This document shows, piece after piece, positions 32,134 through 43,100 of a DNA stretch of 64,000 nucleotides. The notes beneath the pieces are model-generated. The model made no database searches. It saw only the letters and a list, made by a program, of their open reading frames with translations, and had not been told where the DNA came from. This DNA is from an uncultured Pseudomonadota bacterium (GTDB lineage Bacteria; Pseudomonadota; Alphaproteobacteria; JACZXZ01), in NCBI GenBank assembly GCA_963749075.1, contig CAVVLJ010000004.1:128001-192000 (forward strand), written 5' to 3'. The translations under genes were made by a program, and so were the position numbers. Position 1 is the first letter of the stretch. The number at the start of each line of letters is the position of its first letter.

Positions 32134-33423
32134 ATGGCAGCGGGGAAGACGAACGGCGAAGCGGCTCGCACCGGCGCGATAGCGCCGCGCAACGTCGCGG
32201 TGATCGGTGCCGGCATCCTCGGCATGAGCACGGCGCTTCATCTTCAGCGCGATGGCCATCGGGTCACCGTGATCGACGGCCGCGCGCCGGGGACGGCGAC
32301 CTCGTTCGGCAACGGCGGCGGCATCGTGACGGGAGCCGTCACGCCGACGAGCACGCCCAAGCTGTGGAAGCAGATTCCCTCGATGCTGCTCAATCCGACG
32401 CACGGCGCCCGCGTGCGTTGGCGCTATCTGCCCCGGCTCGCTCCCTGGCTCGCACGCTTCCTCCTGGCCGGCCGGCCGGCCCGCGTGGAGGAGATCGCGC
32501 GGGCGCTGAAGCCCCTGGTTACGCGCGCCTATATCGCCCATCGCGAGCTCCTGGCTCTCGCGGGCGTCCACGACGTGGTGCGCCCGGTCGGGTGGCTCAA
32601 GGTTTACGAAAAGGAAGCGGGCTTCGCCGACAGCGCGCTCGAGCGCCGGCTGATGGCCGAGCACGGCATCAAGTTCGACGTGCTCGGTCCCGACGAGCTG
32701 CGCCAGCTCGAGCCGCATCTGGCTCCGCGTTACGTCAAGGGCGTGTTCCAGCCCGACAGCGCATTCGTAAGCCAGCCGATCCGTCTCGTCGAAGGCTATG
32801 CGCGCCACTTCCTGGCAAGCGGCGGGCGTATCCTGCAAGAAGAGGTGCGCAAGCTCGAGCCGCTCGAGGGCAAGGGCGTCCGCGTGCGCTCGGAGCTCGG
32901 CATCCGGCAATTCGATCTCGTCGTCGTGGCGGCGGGAGCCTGGTCGCGGCGGTTTGCGGCGCAGATCGGCGATCGCGTTTCCCTCGATACCGAGCGCGGC
33001 TATCATCTCAACATCGAGCCCGGCGATGCCGGCGAGCTCAGGCGGCCGGTTGTGTTCCCGGAGCGCTGGTTTGCGCTGGTGCCCATGCAGGACGGCTTTC
33101 GCCTCACCAGCGGGGTCGAGCTCGCCGGGCTCGAGGCACCGCCCGATTTCACCTCGATCTACAAGCTGCTGCCCGCCGCCCGCGAGGCGATGCCCGGTCT
33201 CAGCGGCCGCGTGACCCGCGAGTGGATGGGATACCGTCCGTCCACGCCGGATTCCCTGCCGGTGATCGGCCGCTCGCCGCACTGCGCGTCGGTCATCTAC
33301 GCCTTCGGTCACGGGCATCTCGGATTGACGCTGGGGCCGATCACCGGGAAACTGGCGGCGGCGCTGGTCTCCGGCCGGCAGCCGGAGATCGACTTGGCAC
33401 CCTACCGCCCGGATCGCTTCTGA
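32134..33423 (+). CDS. D-amino acid dehydrogenase-like FAD oxidoreductase
   Basis: GAGILG, TSFGNGG, ERGYH, WMGYRPSTPDSLPVIG, FGHGHLGLT. Confidence 0.9.
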   Translation: MAAGKTNGEAARTGAIAPRNVAVIGAGILGMSTALHLQRDGHRVTVIDGRAPGTATSFGNGGGIVTGAVTPTSTPKLWKQIPSMLLNPTHGARVRWRYLPRLAPWLARFLLAGRPARVEEIARALKPLVTRAYIAHRELLALAGVHDVVRPVGWLKVYEKEAGFADSALERRLMAEHGIKFDVLGPDELRQLEPHLAPRYVKGVFQPDSAFVSQPIRLVEGYARHFLASGGRILQEEVRKLEPLEGKGVRVRSELGIRQFDLVVVAAGAWSRRFAAQIGDRVSLDTERGYHLNIEPGDAGELRRPVVFPERWFALVPMQDGFRLTSGVELAGLEAPPDFTSIYKLLPAAREAMPGLSGRVTREWMGYRPSTPDSLPVIGRSPHCASVIYAFGHGHLGLTLGPITGKLAAALVSGRQPEIDLAPYRPDRF

Positions 33424-33457
33424 CCGCCGACTGCTATTGTCCACCGTCACGGGTGTC

Positions 33458-34204
33458 ATGGCCTACGATGTTCCGCAGAACGTGGTTGCTGAGCTGGCGC
33501 CGAGCGGCACGCTGCGCGCGGCGATCAATTTCGGCAATTCCGTGCTCGCGCAAAAGGACCCCGCGAGCGGCGAGCCGCGCGGCGTCTCGCCGGCGCTGGC
33601 GCGCGAGCTCGCCCGGCGGCTGGGCGTTGCCGTCGAATTCGTGGCCTTCGATGCAGCCGGCAAGGTGTTCGAGGCACTCCAGGCCGGTGCGTGGGACGTG
33701 GCGTTCCTCGCCATCGATCCGGTCCGCGCCGCCGCGATCGATTTCACGGCACCCTATGTCGTGATCGAGGGGACCTACGTCGTCCCGCAAAGCTCCCCCT
33801 TGCGCGCGATTCCGGACGCCGACCGCGATCGCGTGCGCATCGCCGTCGGGCGGGGGAGCGCCTACGACCTCTACCTCACGCGCAGCTTGAAGCATGCCAC
33901 GCTGATCCGCGAGCCGAGCGCCCACGAAGCCTTCGGCCGCTTCCTCGAAGACCGGCTTGAAGCCTTGGGCGGCGTGAGGCAGCCGCTCGCCGCCTTCGCC
34001 GCGAGCCGTCCCGACATTCGCGTGATCTCCGGCCGCTTCATGGTCATCGAGCAGGCCATGGGCACGCCCAAGGGCCGCGCGTCGGGTGCCCGGTACTTAT
34101 GCGAATTCGTCGAGGCGATGAAGGCCTCGGGCTTCGTCGCCAAGGCGCTCGCCGAAAGCGGCCAGGCCGACGCCGCCGTAGCACCGCCAGCGCCGCTCAA
34201 GTGA
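33458..34204 (+). CDS. Polar amino-acid-type substrate-binding protein (SBP_bac_3), stand-alone
   Basis: LAPSGTLRAAINFGN, AIDPVR..IDFTAPY, GSAYDLYL, KASGFV. Confidence 0.82.
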   Translation: MAYDVPQNVVAELAPSGTLRAAINFGNSVLAQKDPASGEPRGVSPALARELARRLGVAVEFVAFDAAGKVFEALQAGAWDVAFLAIDPVRAAAIDFTAPYVVIEGTYVVPQSSPLRAIPDADRDRVRIAVGRGSAYDLYLTRSLKHATLIREPSAHEAFGRFLEDRLEALGGVRQPLAAFAASRPDIRVISGRFMVIEQAMGTPKGRASGARYLCEFVEAMKASGFVAKALAESGQADAAVAPPAPLK

Positions 34205-34360
34205 CGGCGCACATGGCGGCCCAGGCCGGCGCGCGCGAATTGCGCCCGGCCTTCACGGCCCTCGCCCGCCGGACTATGATGAGCGCCGCGCAATCGCCGG
34301 GGATGCAGGAGGCCATCATGCCGAGGTTCCATTTCATGCTACCGTGCGTGGAGCGGCCTC

Positions 34361-35248
34361 GTGCAGCGGCCCGCTCCGCATCCGGCATTCGCCCTGCTCC
34401 GTTGTCCGGTCTGCCGGCTTGACTTAGCACCGCTAGGGCGCTCGCTCGCCTGCCGCAACGGCCACGGCTTCGATCTCGCGAAGTCGGGCTACGTCAACCT
34501 CATGGGGGGCGGTCACCGCCTTCCCGCTGCCGGCGGGGAAGGGCGGGGGCAGCTCGCACGGCGCGAGGCCTTCCTCGCGAGGGGCCATTTCGATGCCGTC
34601 GCGAAGGCGATCGCGCGCGAAAGCGCGGCGTCATGCGGCATCGCACGCGGCAGGCGGCTCGGCATCTTGGACGCCGGCTGCGGCAGCGGACATCACCTCG
34701 CCCGCGTCGCCGAGCGCCTTAGCGGCGGTGCAGGGATGCCCTGCCATGGCCTCGGGATCGACATCTCCAAGGAGGCGGCGCGCTCAGCCGCACGTCGCCG
34801 CAAGGGGCTGGCCTTTGCGGTCGCGGACATCTGGAGGGAGTGGCCAGTGCGCAGCGGCGCCGTCGATCTGCTGATCAGCGTCTTTGCGCCGAAGAACTTC
34901 GCGGAAATGGCGCGCGTGCTGGCGCCCGGCGGACTTCTCGCCATCGCCTATCCGGGGCCCGGGCACTTGGCCGAGCTCCGCCGTCCATTCCGCTTGATGG
35001 GCATGCGGGAGGACAAGGCCGCGCGCTATCTCGCCGAGGCAAGGCGGCATTTCCGCGAAACGCGATGCGAGGCGATCCAGCGCCGGATGGCGCTCGGCCG
35101 GGAGGAGGTGCTGGATGCGATCCTGATGGGACCCAACGCCGCGCACCTCCCGGCTGAGAGCATCCCCGAGTGGTCCGGGACGAGGCCCGTGACTTTCGCG
35201 GTCGAGCTGCTCTTCGCGCGGCAGCGCAGCGGTGCTAACGCAGCTTGA
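34361..35248 (+). CDS. RlmA-like 23S rRNA m1G methyltransferase
   Basis: CPVC..C..GH.FD.A..GYVNL zinc domain; LDAGCGSG, DISK, FAP, HLAEL. Confidence 0.8.
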   Translation: MQRPAPHPAFALLRCPVCRLDLAPLGRSLACRNGHGFDLAKSGYVNLMGGGHRLPAAGGEGRGQLARREAFLARGHFDAVAKAIARESAASCGIARGRRLGILDAGCGSGHHLARVAERLSGGAGMPCHGLGIDISKEAARSAARRRKGLAFAVADIWREWPVRSGAVDLLISVFAPKNFAEMARVLAPGGLLAIAYPGPGHLAELRRPFRLMGMREDKAARYLAEARRHFRETRCEAIQRRMALGREEVLDAILMGPNAAHLPAESIPEWSGTRPVTFAVELLFARQRSGANAA

Positions 35249-35392
35249 GCCGCCGCCCCTCGGGCCTCCGGCGCACCAATGGCTCGCTTATGGTCCGCCT
35301 TCGGGCGGGTCGGCTTCAGTTCGGTCCTCATCATGGGACGGATTGTCTATCGAGCTCCGCACTGCAGGCCGCGATTGCGTCTTGGTTCGAAT

Positions 35393-35555
35393 TTCTGCGT
35401 TGGGCGGCCTTGCGGACATAGGGCCGCTCCCCAGCATGGGCCGTTCATGGCACGGAAGCGAAGTTCAGCCGCGTCCGCTTGTCGGCCGCCGTTAAGGGGT
35501 GAGCGGATTGGGCACGGACATACTGCAATTGGTGCCGTTGACCCGTATCGGACAC
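35393..35555. repeat. Array of four degenerate ~26-bp palindromic units at ~45-bp period (left edge of island)
   Basis: Right arms CGGA/CGAA at 35413, 35459, 35504, 35549; cores TGGCAC and TGACCC recur at 37.0, 39.2 and 46.7 kb. Confidence 0.6.
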
Positions 35556-35855
35556 GCGGACTGCCAATAGCTGATCGTGAATCTCGTCCTCTGTCGCAGC
35601 CGCTGGCGGGTGCGGGGCGCAAGAGCTATTCCGAATGTCTCGGCCTGGAAGGCGGCGCAAGGGTGAGTCCTGCCGCGAGTACGCCGGCATGGTCTCCCGC
35701 CGGGAGAACCGGGCCGAGGAAAACTCGTAACAATTTCATTACGGATGCCGATGTAGTCTCCACAGCGTGCGCGATTTCCTGCTTTGGCCGAGATACCGAT
35801 TCTTCCCGGGCGAGAAAGTTGGCCAGGGCCGGGCCTGCGCGGTAAGGAGGCTACG

Positions 35856-36164
35856 ATGATATTTCGGATCGCACGCATCGCGACGCCGTCGATGGCGAAA
35901 TACGCCGCCGTCGCCGTTGCCGCTGTCATCGCGCTCTGGGGCTATGACGGTGCGACGTCCGCCCAGCAGCAGCTGGCACCGGCCGGGCGCACCGCCCGGC
36001 AGGCCTGCGTCGCCGACTACCGCGCGCTATGTCCGGGCGTGCATCCCGGCGGCGGCCGCATCATCGCCTGCTTCCGGCAGCATGCCGGCCAGCTGTCAAC
36101 GGGCTGCAAGGAGGCTCTGGCCGCCGCCAAGGCAGCACGGCCGAAGCCCCCGTCCGGCTCCTGA
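35856..36164 (+). CDS. Small secreted cysteine-rich-repeat protein
   Basis: AAGGAGG RBS; signal peptide; AC.ADY..LCPGV.PGGGRI.AC...H..QLS..C. Confidence 0.75.
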   Translation: MIFRIARIATPSMAKYAAVAVAAVIALWGYDGATSAQQQLAPAGRTARQACVADYRALCPGVHPGGGRIIACFRQHAGQLSTGCKEALAAAKAARPKPPSGS

Positions 36165-36278
36165 GCAACCGCTCACGAGGAGAACCGCATCGTCGGGAGC
36201 GCCCACCTATTCCCGGTGGCCAGCGGCGGGATCGCCTTGCTCGCTTGAGATCACCAGGATGACGACGGCACGAACGCG

Positions 36279-36758
36279 TTACTTGCGGTCGTAGACGTTG
36301 ACGTAGGTGACCGAGTGGCCCTTGCCATCGCTCTCTGTACCGTGGCAACTCATCTTCTTGCGATCTACGGAGAGCGAGCAGCTCGAGCGGTCGCTGCTGC
36401 CGTCCGCGCTCGCAGAGACACTATCGAGTTTGGTCGCCGTGACGGTGAAGGCCGTCGTCGAGCCATCGGTCGAGCCGGGAATCGGGACAGGCTTACCGTC
36501 GCCGGCGCCGTTAAAAGACTGAACATGGCGCTCGCCCTGGGCGTCGATCACGGTCAAGGTCCACACCACACGCGCAGGATCGGCGCTCGTGACGTTGAGC
36601 ACCATCTCGCGCGGCACCGGTTCGCCCGCCGCGCTTGTCGACTCCGCTTTGTTCCAATGCCACTCGCCCACGAACGGGCCGGACTCGGCGGCAGGGGCGG
36701 CCGCCGACGCACACGTCGTCAAAGTCAGTATTCCGGCAACGATCAAGCGGTTTCGCAT
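36279..36758 (-). CDS. Secreted hypothetical protein, lipocalin-like beta-barrel
   Basis: GAGGGA RBS; signal peptide; PFVGEWHWNKAES N-terminus and NVYDRK C-terminus. Confidence 0.6.
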   Translation of the reverse strand: MRNRLIVAGILTLTTCASAAAPAAESGPFVGEWHWNKAESTSAAGEPVPREMVLNVTSADPARVVWTLTVIDAQGERHVQSFNGAGDGKPVPIPGSTDGSTTAFTVTATKLDSVSASADGSSDRSSCSLSVDRKKMSCHGTESDGKGHSVTYVNVYDRK

Positions 36759-37107
36759 CGGACGTCCCTCTTTCTGCATCCTCGACACAGGCAGCCGATT
36801 GTGCCCGGCACCGGGTATTCGCGCCAGTAGGCACATGCAACGCGGGAGGCGCGGCGCATTTCGGCCCGACCGGGATACGGGCGAGGCCCGGTGTCCCCGC
36901 GGCGGGAAGGCGATCTCCGGCAACTCGGGAAAAAACAGAGTTTTGTAGCGAGTTGGCTCTAACCCCCGGATGAAGGATGTCGACCCCCGCTCGCTCATCG
37001 GCTCAAAGACCCCTCCACAACTTCCGGAGTTCGTCGCCGAGGCGACAGGGAGCAAATGGCACCGTTCTTCCCGCCATGACCCGAACCGGACATGGAGCGG
37101 CACCCGT

Positions 37108-38100
37108 TCATTCGATCACCTCGTCGGCCTGTGCCAGCAGGATCGTCGGCATGGTGAGGCCGAGCGCCTTGGCGGCCTTGAGATTGATAACCAGCTCGAA
37201 CTTGGTCGGCTGCTGCACGGGAAGCTCGGCCGGCTTCGCTCCCTTGAGAATACGATCGACGTATCCTGCCGACCGGCGGAATATATCGAGGACATCCGGG
37301 CTGTATGACATCAGTCCACCCTCGACGACGAATTGCCGGTATACCGAGATGCCCGGCAGCCGGTTTTCCGCAGCGAGCTCAGCGACCATGTGCATATGGT
37401 CGAGCATGAACGGCTCGGGCCCGATGATCAGGCTCGTGCCTGGGGTGCGGGCCAGCGCCTCGATCGTCGTTTGCAGATCGTCGACCCTGTTAACGGTCGC
37501 CGGAACGAGTTCCATCGCAACCGATTGAGGCGTGGCTGCAAGTTCCCGCAGGAAATTGGTGTATTGCGGGATGAGCTTGGGATTGTACAGCAGGGCCGCG
37601 CGCTTGACCCCCGGTGCGGCATCCTTGATCAGCGCCGTCCATTTTCCGATCAGTTCCGGATCGATGAAGGTGAATCCGGTGATATTGCCGCCCGGGTGCC
37701 GTAGGCTGTCGACGAACCCCAAACCAACGGGATCTATGACCAGAGCACAGACGATCGGGATGGAGCGGGTCAGCGATTTGAGCTCCGCCACGACCGGCGT
37801 GCCATTGGCGAGGATGACGTCGGGCGCGAGTGCAATCAGTTCCTGCGCGTACCGGCGAACGAGATCAGCCTGGCCGGCGGCCCAGCGGTACGCGATACGG
37901 ATGTTCCGGCCGTCTTGCCAGCCAAGCGCCCGCAGGCCTTGCTGGAATGCGGCGATGCGCGGCTTGGAGGCAGGGTCGTTTTCGGCGACCGACATCAGCA
38001 CGCCCAGCTTGCGCAAGGCCTGAGGCTGCTGCGAGCGCGCCGCGAACGGCCAAGCAACCACAGCGCCGCCGAGCAAAGCGATGAGGTCGCGCCGCCTCAT
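37108..38100 (-). CDS. ABC_sub_bind (TrpX-like) substrate-binding protein, orphan
   Basis: MRRRDLIALLGGA, PGGNITG, GGLMSY, YVDRILKGAKPAELPVQQPTKFELVINLK..ADEVIE. Confidence 0.9.
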   Translation of the reverse strand: MRRRDLIALLGGAVVAWPFAARSQQPQALRKLGVLMSVAENDPASKPRIAAFQQGLRALGWQDGRNIRIAYRWAAGQADLVRRYAQELIALAPDVILANGTPVVAELKSLTRSIPIVCALVIDPVGLGFVDSLRHPGGNITGFTFIDPELIGKWTALIKDAAPGVKRAALLYNPKLIPQYTNFLRELAATPQSVAMELVPATVNRVDDLQTTIEALARTPGTSLIIGPEPFMLDHMHMVAELAAENRLPGISVYRQFVVEGGLMSYSPDVLDIFRRSAGYVDRILKGAKPAELPVQQPTKFELVINLKAAKALGLTMPTILLAQADEVIE

Positions 38101-39077
38101 TCGATCGCCTCGTCGGCAGTGCCGAGCAGAACCGGCGGGATGGTCACGCCGAGCGCCTTGGCGGTCTTGAGATTGATCACCAGCTCGAACTTGGTCGGCT
38201 GCTGGACCGGAAGATCGGCGGGCTTCTCGCCCTTGAGAATCCGGCCGGTATACACGCCAGCCAAACGGAACGAGTCAGCCAGGCTGGTTCCGTAGGTCAT
38301 CAAGCCACCCGCCATTGCGAACTCGCGCCAACCGAAGATCGCCGGGACGGCGTGGCGAAGCGCCAGCCCGGTGAGTTGCTCGGCCCTACTGGTGAAAAAC
38401 GGGTCCCCGCCGATGACGAGTCCGCCCATCCCTTGGCGGACGACGCTGGCGAATGCCGCTTCAATCTCCTTATCGGTGCTCGCATTTAGGATATCGAGCT
38501 GCACCCCAACGGCAAGGGCCGCTGTGCGCAGGTCGCTCACGATGGATTCGGCACGTGTGGGGCTGGTCGGGTTAACGAGCACGGCAATCGTTGTCGCCGC
38601 AGGGACCGCCTCGTGCAGCAGCTCCAGCCGCTTCGGCCCTAGCTCCACATCGAATACGCTCACGCCGGTAATGTTGCCGCCCGGTCGGTTAAGGCTTGCG
38701 ACAAGTCCTGTTTCGACCGGATCGAACCCGCCCACGAAGACAATTGGTATTGTGGCGGTTGCTGCCTTTGCCGCCCGTGCACCAGCGCCATTTGTCGCAA
38801 TCACGGCGACCCGATGACGAACAAGATCCGCCGCGAGCGCGGGCAGTCGATCATATTGATTCTCCGCGAAGCGGTATTCGATCGCCACGCTCCGGCCGTC
38901 GATATAGCCGGCTTCTTGCAGGCCCCGGCGGAACGCGGCCAAGAGGTGTGGGGCCTCGCCAGGCCCTCTGGTGCCGAGAAACCCGACCACCGGCATCGCC
39001 GTCTGCTGCGCGCGCGCCGCGAGTGGCCACCCGACTGCTACGCCACCGAGCAGCGCGATGAAATTCCGGCGCCTCAT
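38097..39077 (-). CDS. ABC_sub_bind substrate-binding protein, orphan paralogue
   Basis: Same family motifs; its stop overlaps the start of the next copy (ATGA). Confidence 0.9.
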   Translation of the reverse strand: MRRRNFIALLGGVAVGWPLAARAQQTAMPVVGFLGTRGPGEAPHLLAAFRRGLQEAGYIDGRSVAIEYRFAENQYDRLPALAADLVRHRVAVIATNGAGARAAKAATATIPIVFVGGFDPVETGLVASLNRPGGNITGVSVFDVELGPKRLELLHEAVPAATTIAVLVNPTSPTRAESIVSDLRTAALAVGVQLDILNASTDKEIEAAFASVVRQGMGGLVIGGDPFFTSRAEQLTGLALRHAVPAIFGWREFAMAGGLMTYGTSLADSFRLAGVYTGRILKGEKPADLPVQQPTKFELVINLKTAKALGVTIPPVLLGTADEAIE

Positions 39078-39125
39078 TCGATCACCTAGTCCGTTCGGGC
39101 GAGCAGCTCGGGCGCGACACGGGGC
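39074..39125 (-). pseudogene. 3' remnant of a third ABC_sub_bind gene
   Basis: Reads VAPELLARTD*VIE* and has the same ATGA overlap with the next copy. Confidence 0.6.
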
Positions 39126-39229
39126 GCCTTATCGAACCGCTCACAGAGAGGGCTTGAACCATAGCAGGAGGTGCCCGTCATGAATAGACGCGGCATATAA
39201 TTCGCTCCCCGTGACCGTGCGCGGCTTAC

Positions 39230-39346
39230 GTCTGTTCGTGGCACCTTGCGGCGACCCCAGCAGCATGCGGGCGCGTCCGGAGTTGAAGGAATAGCTGGCG
39301 CGCCGCTGACGTGGTCGCATGGCCCAGGATGACCCCTTTCGGACAT
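39230..39346. repeat. Array of three degenerate palindromic units (~45-bp period)
   Basis: GTCTGTTCGTGGCAC.., GTCCGGAGTTG.., GGCCCAGGATGACCCCTTTCGGACAT starting at 39230, 39275, 39321. Confidence 0.6.
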
Positions 39347-39654
39347 TTGCTGATTCAAATAGGGGCCCGTCGCATGGCGACCTATCTGGCCAAGGCGTAG
39401 CCGGACGAGTCTTGTTCTCTACCAAAGGCGGTCGACTGACCCGACATCTTTTATATGTTTGATACTCGGCCGGCATTGGTCGCTGTTGGCCGAGTCAGTT
39501 GACCTGGTTCGTCTCGCGCCAGATAACTCATGACGGGCGGCTTCCCTGACACAAGCCGTGTAAGACAAACCCGCTATGTCGGACCGCGCGTCCAGGGCGA
39601 TGGGCAATTGGGCGACCAAGACGTTCTGCATCGAACGGCTTCGGCAAAAGCCGC

Positions 39655-39790
39655 AGCGGCCGTAAGCCATACTAGGCCCGAGCCCCGCTATCCCCGCCAA
39701 TCTCTTGGCCGTGAAGAACGGTTCGAACGTGCCATCGATCACCTCACGTATCATCCCGACGCCACTATTCGCAACGAACATGGTGTCGTA
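39655..39790 (-). pseudogene. Degenerate histidine-kinase ATPase (HATPase_c) fragment
   Basis: ANSGVGM..EVIDGTFEPFFTAK..AGLGPSMAYG resembles decayed G1/F/G2 boxes; no complete gene. Confidence 0.55.
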
Positions 39791-40100
39791 GTCCCCGGCG
39801 CCGACTCCATGAATCAAAGTGGGCACAGTGGACAATAGTTTCCTCATCCGATTAAGGATCATCGCGTGCACAAGGGGCAAATTGCCAAGTCGCCGCCGCG
39901 CGTGCTATATTTAACAATTCGTGTTGACCGGCAGGGTGGGGACGGACATGCGGTCAGTATCACCGCGGACAAGGCGGTGGCGCTCGGGTCTCCGATCATT
40001 CAGACATGGATTCCGATGTGACGGCACGGCGCTCATCGAACGGGGGCGTCAACAAGAATATTAAGTGCAAGGAATTTGAATACTCGCTAGGGGGGATACC

Positions 40101-43100
40101 GTGATCGGGTGGATATCCAGCCACTGGAGACGGGCAGCGTTCCGAATTCCGGCTGTCACCGTCCTGTTTTCAATTTTCACCGGGCTGACCGCTGGAGGAG
40201 TCGCCTACTACATTGCAAGAACGAGCTTAATCGATCTGGCCAAGTCGCGGGTCGCCCTGGTGCGCACCGAGCGCGCCCGGGAAATCACCCAGTTCATCGA
40301 GTCAATCCGCAATCACTTGGCGTCGGTCGCGGCTGCCCCTCGGGTAAAGCAGGACTTGCAAAATCTTGCACGCTTTATGGCCGGCATGAATCAAGTTGAC
40401 CGTAAGGCCTGATCGACAGTTACACAAAGGATAGTTCGTTTTCCAAAGCGTCCCGCTCGGCGCTTTATGATTCTGGCGATGGATCCAAATATACGGCGCT
40501 GCATAGGGAAATTCATGAGAAGTATCTGAATTACGTGCATCTTTTGAAGCTCCACGATCTCATGTTGGTCGATTCCGAGGGCAATGTCGTCTATTCCGTC
40601 GCGAAGAGCGCGGATTTCGGATCGAATTTGCTTTCCGGGGCAAATCGCGAAAGCCTCGCCTCCAAGACATTTCAAAAAGCTCTCGCTGCCACGTCGCAGG
40701 ACCAGACCGTCGTTTCCGATATGGAACTCTCCGATAAGCGTCCGACAATGTTCATGGGCCAGGCCGTTCAAGATGCGTCGGGAAAGAGACTGGGCGCGGT
40801 CCTGTACGAAATAAACCCTTCCACGTTTACTGAGATTTTATCTGACACGATGAACCTTGGCGAAAGCGGTGAAGTCTACCTGGTTGGCCCCGACCTGACG
40901 CGGCGAAGCGGATCGCGATTTTTCAAAGCGCAGATGCTTGTCGATCGAGTCGACACGGAACCCGCTCGCAGGGCCGCCGCCGGAGTATCCGGGACCATCA
41001 TTACGACCGACTACAGGGGCATCCCGGTTATTTCATCGTTCGCTCCTTTCGACCTAATGGGGATCAGGTGGAGCATCATTTCCGAAGTCGATCTTGCGGA
41101 GGCTTTGGCGCCGCTGGCTAAGATGGCGGCGGCAACGGCCGTTTCGGTGTTGATCGTCATTCTCCTTATCTCGGCGGGAGGCTATTTCAGTGCCCGCCGC
41201 ATTAGCCGAGTACTTAGCGGATTCATGGAGAACATGCGTGACCTGGCGCAAGGAAACACCGAGGTCGAGATAGCTCACGATGCGAAGACGGAGGAAGGAA
41301 GACAGATTTCCGCCACGCTGCACCAGTACCGCGAGAGTCTGTTGGCGAGGCAGAGCCTTATCGCGGATTTAAATGATAGACACGCTCAATTCGCTGAAAC
41401 GCTCGAGCGAGCGCCCATCGGCGTCCTTGTCCTCACCGTGAAAAACAAAGTGTTGTTCATCAATGGACCGGGCGCGCGGATCCTCGAACGAGACGCGAGT
41501 CGGATGGTCGGTGAAAATTTTTTCATTGAGCAACTGGCGGTCGATGCGCAGGAGGCGCAAGACCTCATCGTTCAAGTGCGTCGTCTCGGGTTCGTGAGAG
41601 ACCGGCAAATCACTGTACGCGTCAACGGGCTGAAAGAATTATCGGTGTCTTGCTTCCTGGCCTCGTTCCAGGACACGCCGGCCTATATTGTTTGGTTTGA
41701 CGACATTACCAACTCGCTGGCGACAAAAAGCGAACTCGAGCGTCTGAGCACACAGTTCGTCGCGCTCATGGAAGCGAGCCCTGCCATGATAACGATCCGG
41801 GGGCGCGACCTTCGACTCCTCGCCGCCAGTCAGAGTGTAGCAAATGACTGTAACGTCCCGTCGTGGCGTGATCTGGTGGGCAAAAGCGTCGAGGAGCTTT
41901 GGCCGGACCTGGAAGTGTCCGAAGCGGAGCGCGCTTCATGGGCGGACATCGTCGCCGGCCGTGCCGCGGAACATACTGGCGAAATGGAGTTGAGGCCGGG
42001 AACCTGGTATTCGGCAAGACGGATCCCAATCAAGAATAAAAGGGGAGAAATTGAAGGTGTATTGAGCATCGGAACCGACATAACGCTGTACAAGCAGCAG
42101 CAGCGGGCGACTGATTTGGCGCTCGCAGAAGCGACCGAGGCCAAAGCACGATTGGCGAAGGAACATGGCCTCGTCTCTTCGATCCTTGACGCGGTTCCGA
42201 TCCCCATTTTCTACAAAGACGCCGAGACACGGTATCTCGGCGCCAATCGCGCTTTCGAAGAAATGCGGGGCGTGCGACGTGCCGACATGATCGGGAAGCG
42301 CCTATCAGAAATCGGAATCACACCCGAGTTCCGTCTGGAGTCCTTACAGCGTCAGGCCGAGGATGCAACGCGTGGTGTTGTGATTCGCGACGAGCGGCAA
42401 ATGCGTCTTGCAGACGGGCAGGATCACATCGTGCTCTTTCACTTGCAGGCATTCAAGGGAGCGGACGGCCAGCCGGCAGGCACGGTCGGGGCATTTGTGG
42501 AGGTGACGGAACTCAAGAATACTCAGCACGAGCTCGAAAAGGCGACCCGTGCGAAGAGCGAATTCCTGGCGTCGATGAGTTACGAAATCCGTACCCCGAT
42601 GAATGCGATCATAGGAATGGCGCATCTGGCGCTGCGAACCGAGCTCACCCCGCGCCAGAAGGATTACCTAACGAAGATACGCGCGTCGGGCGAGCACCTC
42701 CTCGGCATAATCAACGACATCCTTGATTTCTCGAAAATCGAAGCGGGCAAGCTGACCATCGAGACCGTCGATTTCGACTTCGAGGGTGTGCTGGATACCG
42801 TGAGCACCCTCATTTCGGAAAAGGCCGCGGCCAAGGGACTGGAGTTCATTTTTGACATTGCGCCGTCGATTGCGCCGTCGCTGAAAGGCGACTCCTTGCG
42901 GCTCGGGCAGGTGCTTATCAACCTTTGCAACAACGCCGTCAAATTCACCGATAGCGGGGAGATCATATTGCGGGCGCGGGTCGCCGAAAACGCACCTGAT
43001 ATGCAAAAGCTGCGTTTTGAGGTCACCGACACCGGCATCGGCCTCACGCAGGAGCAGGCCGGCCGCCTTTTCCAGGCTTTCGAGCAGGCAGACGGCTCGA

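Noticed and set aside
35393-35555. CRISPR array interpretation of the 45-bp periodic units
   Set aside because: Units are too divergent, spacers are only about 19 nt, and no cas genes are present
36970-38295. Plus-strand ORFs such as SFDHLVGL..GGLEIDNQLELGRLL
   Set aside because: Antisense shadows of the conserved ABC_sub_bind 3' ends; no independent evidence of coding
2841-40412. Treating the six frameshifted genes as true pseudogenes or programmed frameshifts
   Set aside because: Each has a single indel with intact motifs on both sides and no slippery heptamer; sequencing error is more parsimonious
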